Assembly (NCBI GenBank): GCA_041697335.1
Contig: JBGUGD010000002.1
Location: 180,399 to 244,398, forward strand
From: Vampirovibrionaceae bacterium NZW_1234
GTDB lineage: Bacteria > Cyanobacteriota > Vampirovibrionia > Vampirovibrionales > JAGQHJ01
Length of the DNA stretch: 64,000 bases
Reading direction: 5' to 3'
The notes under the pieces are model-generated. The model made no database searches and was not told where the DNA came from. It saw nothing but the letters and a program-made list of their open reading frames with translations. Below are positions 32,731 through 43,611 of the stretch, one piece after another. Positions within the stretch are counted from its first letter, which is position 1; every line of letters starts with the position of its first letter. A program made the translations under genes and the position numbers.

Positions 32731-34884
32731 GTGTCATTGATGTTATTCAGTACTTCGTCTGTTCAATTTCATCTGGGGACTGGAACACTTCCGCGTTTTA
32801 GTGCCAAAAAACAAGTAAAACAGGAAACACCGGACTGGCTTCAACAGACGGATCCTGTCATACAAGCGAAGTTAGAACATTTGGATGCGCTGCGAAAAGA
32901 AAGGCCGACCCGGGTAAGTCGATGGACTCAGTTTAAAAACCGCGTATCGGAAATTGGCCGTGCTTGGCCTTTTCGTAAGGCGTTGATTTTTCTCGGCGCT
33001 TTAACCGTAGGTCTTGGGGTGTCTGGAGGAGGCGGGTATATGGTCAACCGCTTTCATCGAACGTCAGTAGAGGACTGGCATGTAGGTCGCTCTATTAATA
33101 CAACGAATGATTGGGTGAGAGAAACCACGCAAAAAAAGACGTCGTATAATTACTCACTTCAACATCTCATTGATTTTCAGGACAAGTACCGCACATTTTT
33201 AGACAGCATCAAAACAGTGTTATCCGAGAGTAACCAAGCTGAACATCAGGCCATTGCGGCACGCATTGAGTTTAATACTGGCGTGCTGGACGCTAAGGTT
33301 AATAGTGTAGGTACAGAGTTGTTAAAACAAGCTGCACAACGTCGTGATGCAGGGAAAAGCCTGGATGTACGCGCGTTTATTGATAGTAATCCGGCGTTTA
33401 AACATCTTTCCGAACGCGACAAGGAAATGTTCTCCGTTGAACTCTACACCGTTCTCAATAATCATCCGGATATGACCGTGGAGAAATTTCTCCAAGAGCG
33501 CCCCACGGAGCAAAAGGACAGCAAGAAAACCTCTTCAAATCAAACACAGTCAACCTACGAATCCAATCTGCGTAAGGTTCTGTCAGTGGCTTTAGGGAAT
33601 AAAATCGCCGGGGTGACCCTTGATGACTACTTGCGGGTCGATTCTAAAGAAAGTGCCATTGCCATGTTCGAGCGGGTTGCCAACCATCCCGATAATTTGA
33701 GTCATTTGTCCCCAACAGAGCGCCAGGAGTATGTTCAGGCGGCTAAAACCGTTTTAGAAAATGTACATTACGGTGAGTCTGTTCCGGGTTATGGGTATAT
33801 GGCGTTGGCCTATGCCTTATTAGTGACTGGCATTGCCGGAAGTATCGCGACAGGAGCTTCTGCTGTCAGTAGCCTTAAAGAACTCCGTCAAGGTTTATCC
33901 AAGAAGCCTCAAATTACTCGGACCCCATTAACCCTGGAAGTGATTGAAAGGCCTGAGGATCAACCAGCCATTGAGGCGATGTATGCCTCTGTTATGGAAC
34001 ACTGTAAGACGGCGGTTGCCCTTCGTCAAAGTGCCATGGAAAAGAACCCTGAAGTGGCTGTTTTTCTGACGCATCTGGCAGGGGGGAAGACGCCCAAGCA
34101 TGATGCCCAGGAGTTGTACGAAGCTTACAAAAGTCAAGCTCATGCCCGTTTTAACCAGAAAGGTTACCACTCGATTTCAAAGCTCCGCTTGGTCAAGGAG
34201 GTTCAAACACTCGCAGAACAAGCGACCAATAATCATGACTTCTTGCCTGAGTTGGCTGTTCTTGCTCCATCTGACGTGGTTGCTCCTCTGCGTCGACCCA
34301 ATTCCGTGTCTCTGGATGTTCGCCTGAATGCGGAAGTTCAGGATCGCACCACCAAGCTTCTGGAAGCGCAGCGGGATTACATTAATCAGCTGATTTGGCA
34401 CACCAAGCAGGAAGCGGATCATGAGGCACTTGTTTCACAGGTTACCGGGCTGGCAGAGGCGGCTAAGGGGAGAGAAACCCGTGAACTGATTCGTGAGCGA
34501 CGCCGTAAAGAGATGTCAGAGAAGCTTTTGGGCGTCAACCATAATATTCTGGCCCAGCTGAAGCATCGGATCCAGGTATTGGAAGAACAATGTTTTACCT
34601 GTACGACACTGCTGGATGAGTATCGCGATAACGAAGAATTTCGCGCAAAAGTAGCCCAGCATGCCAAGATACGCGGCGTGAACGAGGACCAGTTGAACGA
34701 TGAGGACTTGAAAGAACTGGGGCTTGAAATTACGACTCGAACAGCGATGGATGCCCGAGTTCGTAAAGAGCTGGAACAGCAGCGACGGGCCCGAGAGTAT
34801 GAGGAGCAGGTCCTGCGAGAAGCCCGTCAAAAAGCCGGCTCCACTGAGGCGGATTCAACGGCCGAGGGTGCCTCGGGTTCATAG
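32731..34884 (+). CDS. Hypothetical protein with RF leader, two hydrophobic segments and coiled-coil C-terminus
   Basis: 717-aa ORF; PRFSA; LIFLGALTVGLGV and MALAYALLVTGIAG. Confidence 0.8.
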   Translation: MSLMLFSTSSVQFHLGTGTLPRFSAKKQVKQETPDWLQQTDPVIQAKLEHLDALRKERPTRVSRWTQFKNRVSEIGRAWPFRKALIFLGALTVGLGVSGGGGYMVNRFHRTSVEDWHVGRSINTTNDWVRETTQKKTSYNYSLQHLIDFQDKYRTFLDSIKTVLSESNQAEHQAIAARIEFNTGVLDAKVNSVGTELLKQAAQRRDAGKSLDVRAFIDSNPAFKHLSERDKEMFSVELYTVLNNHPDMTVEKFLQERPTEQKDSKKTSSNQTQSTYESNLRKVLSVALGNKIAGVTLDDYLRVDSKESAIAMFERVANHPDNLSHLSPTERQEYVQAAKTVLENVHYGESVPGYGYMALAYALLVTGIAGSIATGASAVSSLKELRQGLSKKPQITRTPLTLEVIERPEDQPAIEAMYASVMEHCKTAVALRQSAMEKNPEVAVFLTHLAGGKTPKHDAQELYEAYKSQAHARFNQKGYHSISKLRLVKEVQTLAEQATNNHDFLPELAVLAPSDVVAPLRRPNSVSLDVRLNAEVQDRTTKLLEAQRDYINQLIWHTKQEADHEALVSQVTGLAEAAKGRETRELIRERRRKEMSEKLLGVNHNILAQLKHRIQVLEEQCFTCTTLLDEYRDNEEFRAKVAQHAKIRGVNEDQLNDEDLKELGLEITTRTAMDARVRKELEQQRRAREYEEQVLREARQKAGSTEADSTAEGASGS

Positions 34885-35344
34885 AGTCATGTTTTGAGAG
34901 TGTGACTCTGGCTTAAAGCTTATGTGGAGATGCTTGACAGCGTTTAAAAAGCCAAGCTTTCGGGAACAATACTAAAAACGATTTTATGAACAACACCTGA
35001 AAGCGCAAAACAAATGGTAAAAGACTTACGTGACAATCCGCTCCAGACCAATGTCGACAAACCGCGACTCATCGCGTCGAATAGTCCCGAATTTAAAGTG
35101 AAAATCCTGAAAAGTCCCTGTATTTCAGCGGTTTTCTGAATTGATGCCCGCCGAAATGACGCGAATTCGTCGAGAAAACGACGATAAAATGTCGATCGTT
35201 CGTCGACTGATCGTCGAGCAATGGCTGCTTGTAAGCCTCATCCTGTTCGATGGAATGGGCCATTTCATGCATCGGCTGAGATTCTAAAGGATTTCTAAAC
35301 GGTATCAAAAAGAACGTTTTGATTGTTTTTATAAATATATATAA

Positions 35345-35590
35345 CTCCGCTTTTGGGTTGCGTAGGTAAAATAGGTCCACTCTCTCAGTTTCATTCGGTT
35401 GATGTAACTGGAAGAAAACTCCCTGAAGTATTTGCTCCAGGGGATGCTTTGCTCCATAGCACGAAGCACCTCTGGATCTGGAATGCTTAGGGTGTCGAGC
35501 CAATCTGTTTTCTTCCGAGTCGACTTGAAACCGACTATCGCAGCCTGACCATAAGCTCCCCCGGGTGTCCCGCATACCGGGGGCTTTTGG
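35345..35590 (+). ncRNA. Candidate 6S-like long-hairpin RNA
   Basis: Nested stems ggttgcg/cgcagcc, gtttca/tgaaac, ggaagaaaac/gttttcttcc, tccagggg/cctctgga; terminator-like hairpin 35553-35588. Confidence 0.5.
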
Positions 35591-35856
35591 TTGAACGAGA
35601 ATCGAGTGTCGTTCTTTTAAATCATCCCGGAACCTCCAAAGAGCGATTGTGGATGACGCTGCTATAAAGTATAATGTAACTATAAAAAGTGTTCTGTTTA
35701 GGCCCGTTAAAGATTTGTCCGCATCGCTCAAGTTTTTGTCCTGTAGGACGAAACAGTAGGGTACGGGTGTTTCCTGGAGATTTGAATGATGGAGGAGTTG
35801 AACATGCCCATTTATCAGCCTGTGCTGAGTCCATATAACAGTGGGTTTTATACCGT

Positions 35857-38013
35857 ATGAAGTTGATTCGCTCTGACGCCAACCATCCCCAAGACCCCTT
35901 TCAAAAATTTTCCTCAGGAGAGCTCATCAATCGGGAGCTTTCGTGGCTGGAGTTTAATGTTCGGGTTCTGGAAGAAGCCAATAATCCGAATCATCCGTTG
36001 CTTGAACGGTTACGTTTTCTGGCGATTTCCGACAGCAACCTGGATGAATTCTACATGGTCCGTGTTGCAGGACTGAAGAACCATCTGGAAATTCATCCCC
36101 ACTCCATCAGTTCCGATGGTTTGAGTATTGTGGAGCAGTTGAGTGCCATTAATCATAAGACCCGAGAGCTCCTAGAAGCTCAGTCTCGAACCTGGCAAAG
36201 GTTATCCCGGGAGCTTTTAGCCCATGGCATCTCCATTGTTAAAACCGAAAACCTGAATAAGCGTGAACTCAAGTGGTTGGACCGGTTTTTTATGGAGCAG
36301 ATTTTTCCGGTTTTGACGCCTCTGGCAGTCGATCCGGCGCACCCGTTTCCGCTGATCCCAAACGATGGGTTGTGCTTCGTGTTGAAGTTGAAAACACCTC
36401 AACAGAAGGCGATGTGGTCGCTGGTGCCGTTGCCCAAGAACTTGCAGCGATTTGTTCCGGTGATGGGGGAAAAGAAACGCTTTTTGGCCATTGAAGATAT
36501 CATTGCCACGTTTTTTCCAGCACTGTTTCCTGAGTTTGAAGTCCAGCGCTTCGGCCTGTTTCACTTGATTCGTGACAGTGAAATGGACATTGATGAAGAC
36601 AGCGAAGATTTGATTGAAATGTTCAAGACAGCCTTGCAGCAGCGTCGCCAAGGCAATGTCATTCGCTTGATTGTAAATGACGGGATGCCGGATGACTTGA
36701 TTGAGTTTGTTATGGATGAGCTGGAAATCGAGAGTCAGGACGTGTTTCATGTCTCTGGCCTGCTGAATCTGGATACGTTGAATGAGTTAATATTGCCGGA
36801 GTTTGCTCACCTGCAATTTCCTTCTTTTACCCCTAAAGTTTCATCTGCCTTTCATGAGGAATCCTCATGTTTTGATGCCATTCGCAAATCGGACATTATG
36901 TTGCATCATCCGTATGAATCCTTTAATTCCGTCATTGATTTTTTAACCCAGTCTGCCCGGGATCCCAATGTCCTCGCCATTAAGCAGACACTTTACCGAA
37001 CCAGTGTTGACTCTCCTATCGTAAAGGCCTTGGTAGAAGCGGCCAATATGGGCAAAAGTGTTACGGTGGTTGTCGAGTTGAAGGCTCGGTTTGATGAAGA
37101 AGAAAATATCAGAATGGCCGAAATACTAGAGAATGCCGGTGTTCACGTCATTTTCGGGTTCATTGATTTTAAAATCCACTGTAAGATGACGTTGGTTGTG
37201 CGTAAAGAGGCTAACAAGCGCATTCGCAATTATCTGCACGTTGGGACGGGAAATTATAATCCCAGAACGGCCAAAGTTTACACCGATATTTCAGTGTTTA
37301 CCGCAAATTCTGAATTATGCATGGATGCGGCCAAGGTCTTTAATTATTTGACTGGGTATGCCAAACCCCATCAACTGGAAAAACTGATTATTTCTCCTTT
37401 GCAGATGCAAGAGAAGCTCTTGCAAATGATTCGCCAGGAAATTCGCCTTTGCCAGGAAACCGGTGTTGGGCGTATTTGGGCAAAGATGAACTCCCTGGTG
37501 GACCCCGATATTATCCATGCCCTCTATGAAGCTTCGCAAGCGGGGGTGCAAATCGATCTGGTGGTTCGGGGGATTTGCTGCCTGCGACCTGGGATTCCGG
37601 AGCTCTCCGAAAATATTCGAGTCAAAAGCATGGTTGGGCGATTCCTGGAACATTCCCGAATCGTGTGTTTTGGACTTGGACACGAAATTCCGTCAGAGAT
37701 GTCCGAGGTCTTCATATCCTCGGCTGACTGGATGCCCCGGAATTTTCATTCTCGTGTGGAAACTTTGATCCCCATTACCGATCCGCAGTTGAAAAAAGAA
37801 TTGCTCGAGAAAATTATGTCTGCTAACCTAAAGGATGTTCGCCAGAGTTGGGTGTTGCAACCCAACGGAACCTATGAGCGAATTTCAACGAGTCACGATG
37901 CCTTTAGCGCCCAGGAATATTTTATGCACCTGACGTCAACGCCACCCACGGGTGACCTCTCTGACCCCACCCGCACAAAGCCGAAGGCTAATAAAAAATT
38001 GAAATCCGCCTGA
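35857..38013 (+). CDS. ppk1: Polyphosphate kinase 1
   Basis: NRELSWLEFN, NLDEFYMVRVAGL, HHPYESF, ELKARFDE, GTGNYN, GRFLEHSR, SADWMPRN. Confidence 0.97.
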   Translation: MKLIRSDANHPQDPFQKFSSGELINRELSWLEFNVRVLEEANNPNHPLLERLRFLAISDSNLDEFYMVRVAGLKNHLEIHPHSISSDGLSIVEQLSAINHKTRELLEAQSRTWQRLSRELLAHGISIVKTENLNKRELKWLDRFFMEQIFPVLTPLAVDPAHPFPLIPNDGLCFVLKLKTPQQKAMWSLVPLPKNLQRFVPVMGEKKRFLAIEDIIATFFPALFPEFEVQRFGLFHLIRDSEMDIDEDSEDLIEMFKTALQQRRQGNVIRLIVNDGMPDDLIEFVMDELEIESQDVFHVSGLLNLDTLNELILPEFAHLQFPSFTPKVSSAFHEESSCFDAIRKSDIMLHHPYESFNSVIDFLTQSARDPNVLAIKQTLYRTSVDSPIVKALVEAANMGKSVTVVVELKARFDEEENIRMAEILENAGVHVIFGFIDFKIHCKMTLVVRKEANKRIRNYLHVGTGNYNPRTAKVYTDISVFTANSELCMDAAKVFNYLTGYAKPHQLEKLIISPLQMQEKLLQMIRQEIRLCQETGVGRIWAKMNSLVDPDIIHALYEASQAGVQIDLVVRGICCLRPGIPELSENIRVKSMVGRFLEHSRIVCFGLGHEIPSEMSEVFISSADWMPRNFHSRVETLIPITDPQLKKELLEKIMSANLKDVRQSWVLQPNGTYERISTSHDAFSAQEYFMHLTSTPPTGDLSDPTRTKPKANKKLKSA

Positions 38014-38017
38014 CACG

Positions 38018-39514
38018 ATGTCGCATTTAGTCGGTGTCGTGGATATCGGGTCCAACTCCATGCGGTTGGTGATTTATGACGGCTATACCCGGGTTCCCTA
38101 CACGATCTTTAATGAAAAATCCTTATGCGGTCTGGGTCGGGGCTTATCGTCTTCCGGCAAAATTATGCCGGAGCGTTTGCAAGCAGCCCTTGAGACGTTG
38201 AAACGATTTCAGGTGGTTCTTCGGCGATATGAAGTAGAACAGACTCACTTTATTGCAACTTCGGCCCTGCGTGAAGCTTCGAATCGCCAGGAGTTTTTAC
38301 GGTTGGCCGAGCCAATCGTGAAGCAAAAAATTGAAATTATTTCACCGGAGCAAGAGGCTGAATATGCCGCCCAAGGGGTTTTAAGCGCATTTCCGAATGC
38401 CCATGGCATTGTTGGTGACTTGGGTGGAGGCAGCTTGGAATTGAGTGCCCTTTATCAAGGCGAACTCACACACACCGGTTCTGTGCTGTTAGGGCATCAA
38501 CGCCTACTGGAAAAGCTGGTGGAACATCGAGGATTTTTATTACCTTTCCGTCGGCATTTGGATGAGACATTGGCTGAGATAGCATGGGTACCTCAGCAAC
38601 GCTTTTCAACCTTGTATGCGGTTGGCGGTGCCTGGCGGGAATTGGCAGAAGCTTACATGAAAGCCATCGATTATCCCCTTCCCATGGTGGATCACTTTTG
38701 TATGACGCGCTCCTTACTGCTGGAATTTATTCACCAGTGCTATTTAGGGGCTCATAAGAACAAACTGGATTTGGAGAACGATTCTCAAATTTCCGCCAAG
38801 TTGTCGGCTTATTTATTAAAACGCCTGGTTCAGGTCTGTCATATCGATCAGGTTTATTTCTCGGCCTACGGTGTGCGGGAGGGCATAATTTATAACCAGT
38901 TAAGATCTTCCCAGAAAGCAGAGGATCCACTGTTATGCTCCAGCCAGTATTTTTCAGCACAACTCCATGCCCGGCCTGAAAACTATGACGATTTGCAAGC
39001 ATGGACCTTTTCTTTTTTCGAAAATCTTTCGCCGGAAAAAAAGCGCCTCTATGAAGCGGTTCTTCTGCTCTGCGATATGGCCATCTACGAGGCGCGCCAT
39101 GTGCGCTCGATGAATGCCTTTGAGCGTATTCTGACACTGCCTTTAACCGGCATTACCCATGCCGAACGAATTTGGATTGCCCTTGCCACATCCATTCGTT
39201 ACTCCGGCAATTTGAACGCACGCTACCTGCAAGACCACCTGGATCTCATTGAGCCTGAGGCATCCTATGAAGCCCTGGTGCTGGGACAATTCCTGAGACT
39301 GTCGCAGACCCTCTCGTGCCGGAAGTCCGGGATCCTGCCTCATGTCAATCTGATGGTTCGAGACAATCAACTCATTGTCAGCAGCGCCTCTCATGTGGAC
39401 TATCTCTACGGTGATCGGGTTGAAAAATACTTGTCGAACCTGGCCAGATCCCTACGACTTATTCCAAGAATCGATCAAGCCGGACACTTCTCTCTAGAGC
39501 ATGTCAGCCAGTAG
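38018..39514 (+). CDS. ppx: Ppx/GppA exopolyphosphatase
   Basis: VDIGSNSMRL, ATSALREA, DLGGGSLE, GVREG; directly follows ppk1. Confidence 0.92.
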   Translation: MSHLVGVVDIGSNSMRLVIYDGYTRVPYTIFNEKSLCGLGRGLSSSGKIMPERLQAALETLKRFQVVLRRYEVEQTHFIATSALREASNRQEFLRLAEPIVKQKIEIISPEQEAEYAAQGVLSAFPNAHGIVGDLGGGSLELSALYQGELTHTGSVLLGHQRLLEKLVEHRGFLLPFRRHLDETLAEIAWVPQQRFSTLYAVGGAWRELAEAYMKAIDYPLPMVDHFCMTRSLLLEFIHQCYLGAHKNKLDLENDSQISAKLSAYLLKRLVQVCHIDQVYFSAYGVREGIIYNQLRSSQKAEDPLLCSSQYFSAQLHARPENYDDLQAWTFSFFENLSPEKKRLYEAVLLLCDMAIYEARHVRSMNAFERILTLPLTGITHAERIWIALATSIRYSGNLNARYLQDHLDLIEPEASYEALVLGQFLRLSQTLSCRKSGILPHVNLMVRDNQLIVSSASHVDYLYGDRVEKYLSNLARSLRLIPRIDQAGHFSLEHVSQ

Positions 39515-40027
39515 CATTTTTCCCGTTACAAAGGCCAGGACATTGGCTTGATACCGCGGCAGTGGGTACCACGCAGGTGCATGCCACTGTAAGTGGGTCA
39601 GCGCCGAAGTCGGGTAATCGGACACCAGTTTGTCGGGACAAGCCTCTCGTTGTGCCATTGAAAGGACCCAGGAATGCAGATCGGGATTATGGCCAATCAC
39701 CAGGACGTTTTGGTAGAGATCAGAGACAGCACTCAACGCGCCCGATAAAACCTCTTCAGAGGCCAGGTATAATTCCGGTAGGAAGTGAGTTTGTACTGTG
39801 GCCAGGGCCGGATAGGCGTCAATTAATCCATCCAGGGTTTGTCGGGTACGGACAGAAGCAGAGCATAAAATGACATCAACCGATGTTTTGTGTTCGGCTA
39901 GGTATTGTCCGATACGCTCAGCTTGCTGATGCCCATAGTCACTGAGGACTCGCTCTTTATCGGATTGTAAACCTGTTTTAGCCTCGGCCTTGGCGTGGCG
40001 TAAAACTAGCAGGTTCCGCTCGGGCAT
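39494..40027 (-). CDS. sixA: SixA-like phosphohistidine phosphatase
   Basis: LRHAKA, CSASVRTRQT, VIGHNP. Confidence 0.85.
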   Translation of the reverse strand: MPERNLLVLRHAKAEAKTGLQSDKERVLSDYGHQQAERIGQYLAEHKTSVDVILCSASVRTRQTLDGLIDAYPALATVQTHFLPELYLASEEVLSGALSAVSDLYQNVLVIGHNPDLHSWVLSMAQREACPDKLVSDYPTSALTHLQWHAPAWYPLPRYQANVLAFVTGKMLLADML

Positions 40028-40047
40028 CGGATTCAGGGACCTATCGA

Positions 40048-41169
40048 TTAAACCAGCGCCGCTGCTTCTTGGGGCAGCATCAAATTTAGCTCGGTCTGGG
40101 GATCAAAGTAGGACACTTTGTCCATGGCAATGCCCAGCTCCAAGGGCTGTCCTTCATTGACAGGCATATCCGGGGGCAATGAAGCCACCAAGGGCTTGCC
40201 TTCCAGGGTAAAATGAACCAGTTTTTCATGGCCCAGGATTTCAATCAGATCGGGGGTGATGGTCACCAGCTGTTGATTGGCTTGGGAATGGGCGGGGCCA
40301 AAATGCTCCGGCCGAATGCCTAATTGAATGGGGCGGTTATCAAACTGTTGGCCGCCCAATGCTTGGCGCATCTGTCCTGGAATTTCCCATAATGCGCCCG
40401 ATGGAAAGTAAACGGATCCCTCGCGATACGTGGCCGTTAGAAAGTACATACTGCCAATGAATCCGCCAACAAACACATTGCGGGGTTTACTGTAAATGTC
40501 TGCCGGAGCACCCACCTGCTGGATAATACCGGCATTGAGAATCACAATTCGATCGCCCATGGTCATGGCTTCCACCTGATCGTGGGTGACATAGATGGTG
40601 GTAGCATTGAGACGGCGGTGTAGCTTTTGAATTTCCGTACGCATCTGAACCCGCAGTTTGGCGTCCAGGTTGGATAAGGGCTCGTCCATCAGGAACACTT
40701 GCGGGTTTCGGACAATGGCACGGCCTAAGGCAACCCGCTGGCGCTGACCGCCTGAAAGCTGCTTGGGCTTACGATCCAGTAAGTGGGTCAAATCCAGAAT
40801 TTTGGCTGCATCTTCCACCCGTTGTCTGATCTCGGACTTGGGGGTTTTGCGCATTTTCAAGCCGAATGCCATATTGTCATAGACGGACATATGCGGGTAT
40901 AGGGCGTAACTCTGAAACACCATGGCGATATCCCTGTCTTTGGGAGCCACATCGTTCACAATACGATTCCCAATGTGAATCTGGCCTTTGGTGATGGATT
41001 CCAATCCGGCAATCATTCGTAATACCGTTGATTTGCCGCAACCGCTGGGGCCAACCAGAACAATAAACTCTCGATCGGCAATCGTTAAAGAAAGGTCCTT
41101 GATAATGTCGTTCTTATCGTACGACTTATAAATGTGTTCCAGTTGAACGTTGGCCACGTGAACCATCAC
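40048..41169 (-). CDS. MalK/UgpC-family sugar ABC transporter ATPase
   Basis: [35 protein letters not shown]. Confidence 0.95.
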   Translation of the reverse strand: MMVHVANVQLEHIYKSYDKNDIIKDLSLTIADREFIVLVGPSGCGKSTVLRMIAGLESITKGQIHIGNRIVNDVAPKDRDIAMVFQSYALYPHMSVYDNMAFGLKMRKTPKSEIRQRVEDAAKILDLTHLLDRKPKQLSGGQRQRVALGRAIVRNPQVFLMDEPLSNLDAKLRVQMRTEIQKLHRRLNATTIYVTHDQVEAMTMGDRIVILNAGIIQQVGAPADIYSKPRNVFVGGFIGSMYFLTATYREGSVYFPSGALWEIPGQMRQALGGQQFDNRPIQLGIRPEHFGPAHSQANQQLVTITPDLIEILGHEKLVHFTLEGKPLVASLPPDMPVNEGQPLELGIAMDKVSYFDPQTELNLMLPQEAAALV

Positions 41170-41235
41170 TCCGACTGACGGGTTACTCCTTTATTAGACA
41201 GAAAATTTTATGAAAAGACAACCCGGCCTTCTGAA

Positions 41236-41721
41236 TCACGCAGTCGTGTTGAGTATTCGCTGAATAGATTCATACAAAATGGCTACATGCAGGTCGGCAG
41301 GCATGTTGTTCTCGTCTTCCGGGGTATGATCCTCCATAAAATTTCGAATTTGGAGGATTTGGGTTGCAAAACGACGCTGCTCTTCAATGTTGAGGCAAGC
41401 CAAGGCGTTCATGGCTGTGCGAATTTCCGGATCTTGATCATGCCAACGACGTTTGGCTCCGGATAGGAAAAGTCCCAGGAGCCGGTGTTGGGTTATGGTT
41501 GGATCCACCAAGCCGTTGTTCGGGGCTTTATTCTGCCAATGATCATAAATATGGGAGTTAATATGCTGGGCAATCAGAAGCTGCAAGGGATGGGGAAAAG
41601 CCTCCCAAGCTCGAATGGCTTGAGAAATGGTGGCTTCTGAGTCGTACCATCGTTTGTAGGGAATTCCCATAGGTCCAAATTTTTTTTCGGGTGTAGCACC
41701 GGTATCGGCGAAGATTATCAA
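41236..41721 (-). CDS. Hypothetical protein with two R-W-[YH]-D motifs
   Basis: KRWYDSE and RRWHDQD; start may be ATG 41670. Confidence 0.7.
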   Translation of the reverse strand: MIIFADTGATPEKKFGPMGIPYKRWYDSEATISQAIRAWEAFPHPLQLLIAQHINSHIYDHWQNKAPNNGLVDPTITQHRLLGLFLSGAKRRWHDQDPEIRTAMNALACLNIEEQRRFATQILQIRNFMEDHTPEDENNMPADLHVAILYESIQRILNTTA

Positions 41722-41763
41722 AACCTTGATGTATTTTTCAAAAGAGAGCCTACTCGCATAGGG

Positions 41764-41793
41764 AAACGCCGGTGACCTAAGCCACCGGCGTTT
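41764..41793. terminator. Terminator hairpin
   Basis: aaacgccggtg/caccggcgttt. Confidence 0.75.
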
Positions 41794-41821
41794 CTAGGAA
41801 TATTCGCTGTATATTTGGAAA

Positions 41822-43462
41822 TTATTTTTGCTCACTGGCCAGTTTAACAGTCATATGGCCTTTCAGCAGTTTATTGCCATCCAGAGTGTTGGCACCGGCA
41901 ATGCCTTCAATGCCGCCAAGGACTTCTTTCATCCCGGCTTGACCACTGATGGCGCCCTTGGAGGCCGCATCCAAAAGTGCGGCACTATTACGGACATCCA
42001 TATAGAAAATTCCCGAGGATTTGGCCGGTAATTTTTCGGTCAGTTCTTTATAGAGCTTGCTCTCGCTGAGCGAAGGGGCCTTTTTCTGCTGGATACTGTA
42101 CATGGTTTGCAGACCGTCCTGCGTTCCTACGGCCAAGGTGTCGGTTTGGACACCACTATAACCCACTTTCAGAGGCAAAGCAGGGGATTGCAGAACTTTT
42201 AGACTGTGGGAGGCGTCGACTTTCTGATCCACCATCTGACCGCCGGTCATTTGGGCTGTCATAGCGCCCAATTGTTCCATCGTCTTCGTGGTGTCAGCAT
42301 TCTGGTTTAAGAACACCAAAACATCCGGTTGACCGTTTTTAGCCATTAAGCCAATGGCGGCTTTGCCATCAAACAGGCTGATGATGTTTTTCCGTAAATC
42401 CAGCCCCAGGGCCTGAAGTTGCGTTGTGATTGTATTGAGAGAAGCCTTGCTCTCTTCGGTCGCAATGTGATTAGCATAAAGATCGTAGTAGTGACCTAAT
42501 CCAGCCATACCACCATACAGAACCGTGTTCTCAGGCAATAACTTGGCCATATCCAAGGTCGACTGAGACGTCAGCGCTTGGGCAATATCCTTGCGGAAGG
42601 ATTCGTTTTTGATTTTGTCCAAGGCCAAGGGAGTAAAGGTATCGAACTGAATATACTGATCTTTCTCAATGGAGATACTACCGACCATCACAGGCGTTGC
42701 TGTTTGCATTTGCTGTTGAAACTCGGCAATTTTGACCATGGTATCGTTCTTTACAGCACCAGGGAGGTTGGGAGGCATGCGGTTGAACGCAGCCGACGCC
42801 ATCAAGACGGTGCCTTGGCGTTTTTCGGGTAACAGCCCGAGGTTGTCCTTGAACAAAGGATTATCCAGTAACGTTTTGCTGGTTTGATATTCTTTCACCG
42901 CAGCCCGAAGCACATCCACATTTTCAGCTGTCAGCAAATTGCCTTTATGAAGGGCCATAGCACCGTTACTGGGGCTTTTTGTGGTGATCAAGGTTGTATC
43001 ACCTTCCTTGGTAACAGCCAGCTGCTCCATGGGCAAGCCCAAGGTTTTTGCAAGCGATTCAGGGGTTACATTGCCCCGTGTCGGGATAACGGCCAGGAAC
43101 TCGTTGTTGGGGGCGGCTTGGGAATTGTTGGCAGTTGTACTGGGCCAGCTGCCAAAGCCAAACACCGGCTGAAAATCTTTTTCAAAGAGTTGACTGAGTT
43201 GGACATCAATTTTCGGGCTTCGGGGATTTGACAAGGTGCGGAGTTTATCGACACCGTTGAAGAAGCGGGAAGCCAATTGATCGCCAGGGGCAAGCTCAAC
43301 ATACAGACCCGTATTTTCAGGGTAATACCGATACAATTCGGTCACCAATTGACCTTTTTTGGGCTGCATAAAGAAGAAAACGGCAGCGGCTACAGCCACC
43401 AAGCCAAGTAGCGCCATTATTAGCAGCTTGGCGTTATTGGATTTGGGTTGATTCTCGGACAC
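41822..43462 (-). CDS. Membrane-anchored DUF3352-like protein
   Basis: N-terminal TM helix; two repeated lobes (YYPENTGLY / LLPENTVLY, LDLRKNIISLFDG). Confidence 0.7.
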   Translation of the reverse strand: MSENQPKSNNAKLLIMALLGLVAVAAAVFFFMQPKKGQLVTELYRYYPENTGLYVELAPGDQLASRFFNGVDKLRTLSNPRSPKIDVQLSQLFEKDFQPVFGFGSWPSTTANNSQAAPNNEFLAVIPTRGNVTPESLAKTLGLPMEQLAVTKEGDTTLITTKSPSNGAMALHKGNLLTAENVDVLRAAVKEYQTSKTLLDNPLFKDNLGLLPEKRQGTVLMASAAFNRMPPNLPGAVKNDTMVKIAEFQQQMQTATPVMVGSISIEKDQYIQFDTFTPLALDKIKNESFRKDIAQALTSQSTLDMAKLLPENTVLYGGMAGLGHYYDLYANHIATEESKASLNTITTQLQALGLDLRKNIISLFDGKAAIGLMAKNGQPDVLVFLNQNADTTKTMEQLGAMTAQMTGGQMVDQKVDASHSLKVLQSPALPLKVGYSGVQTDTLAVGTQDGLQTMYSIQQKKAPSLSESKLYKELTEKLPAKSSGIFYMDVRNSAALLDAASKGAISGQAGMKEVLGGIEGIAGANTLDGNKLLKGHMTVKLASEQK

Positions 43463-43611
43463 GAATAAACTACCTCATCTCGTAACCATACAGAACATTT
43501 CTCATATGATACTGTCATGGGTGAGTCGAATCAACAGAAGCTTTTGCTCAAGGGGCGTCTTATCCAAAATGCAGAGTCTTTTTAATGCTAAAGCCCTTTT
43601 TAAATTCCAGT

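Noticed and set aside
35040..35220. Cluster of TCGA/GTCGAC short palindromes
   Set aside because: No regular spacing or consistent unit; cannot support a repeat or element call.
35093..35731. 212-aa minus-strand ORF
   Set aside because: TTG start, no motif, and it lies antisense to the promoter-like module and structured RNA; probably spurious.
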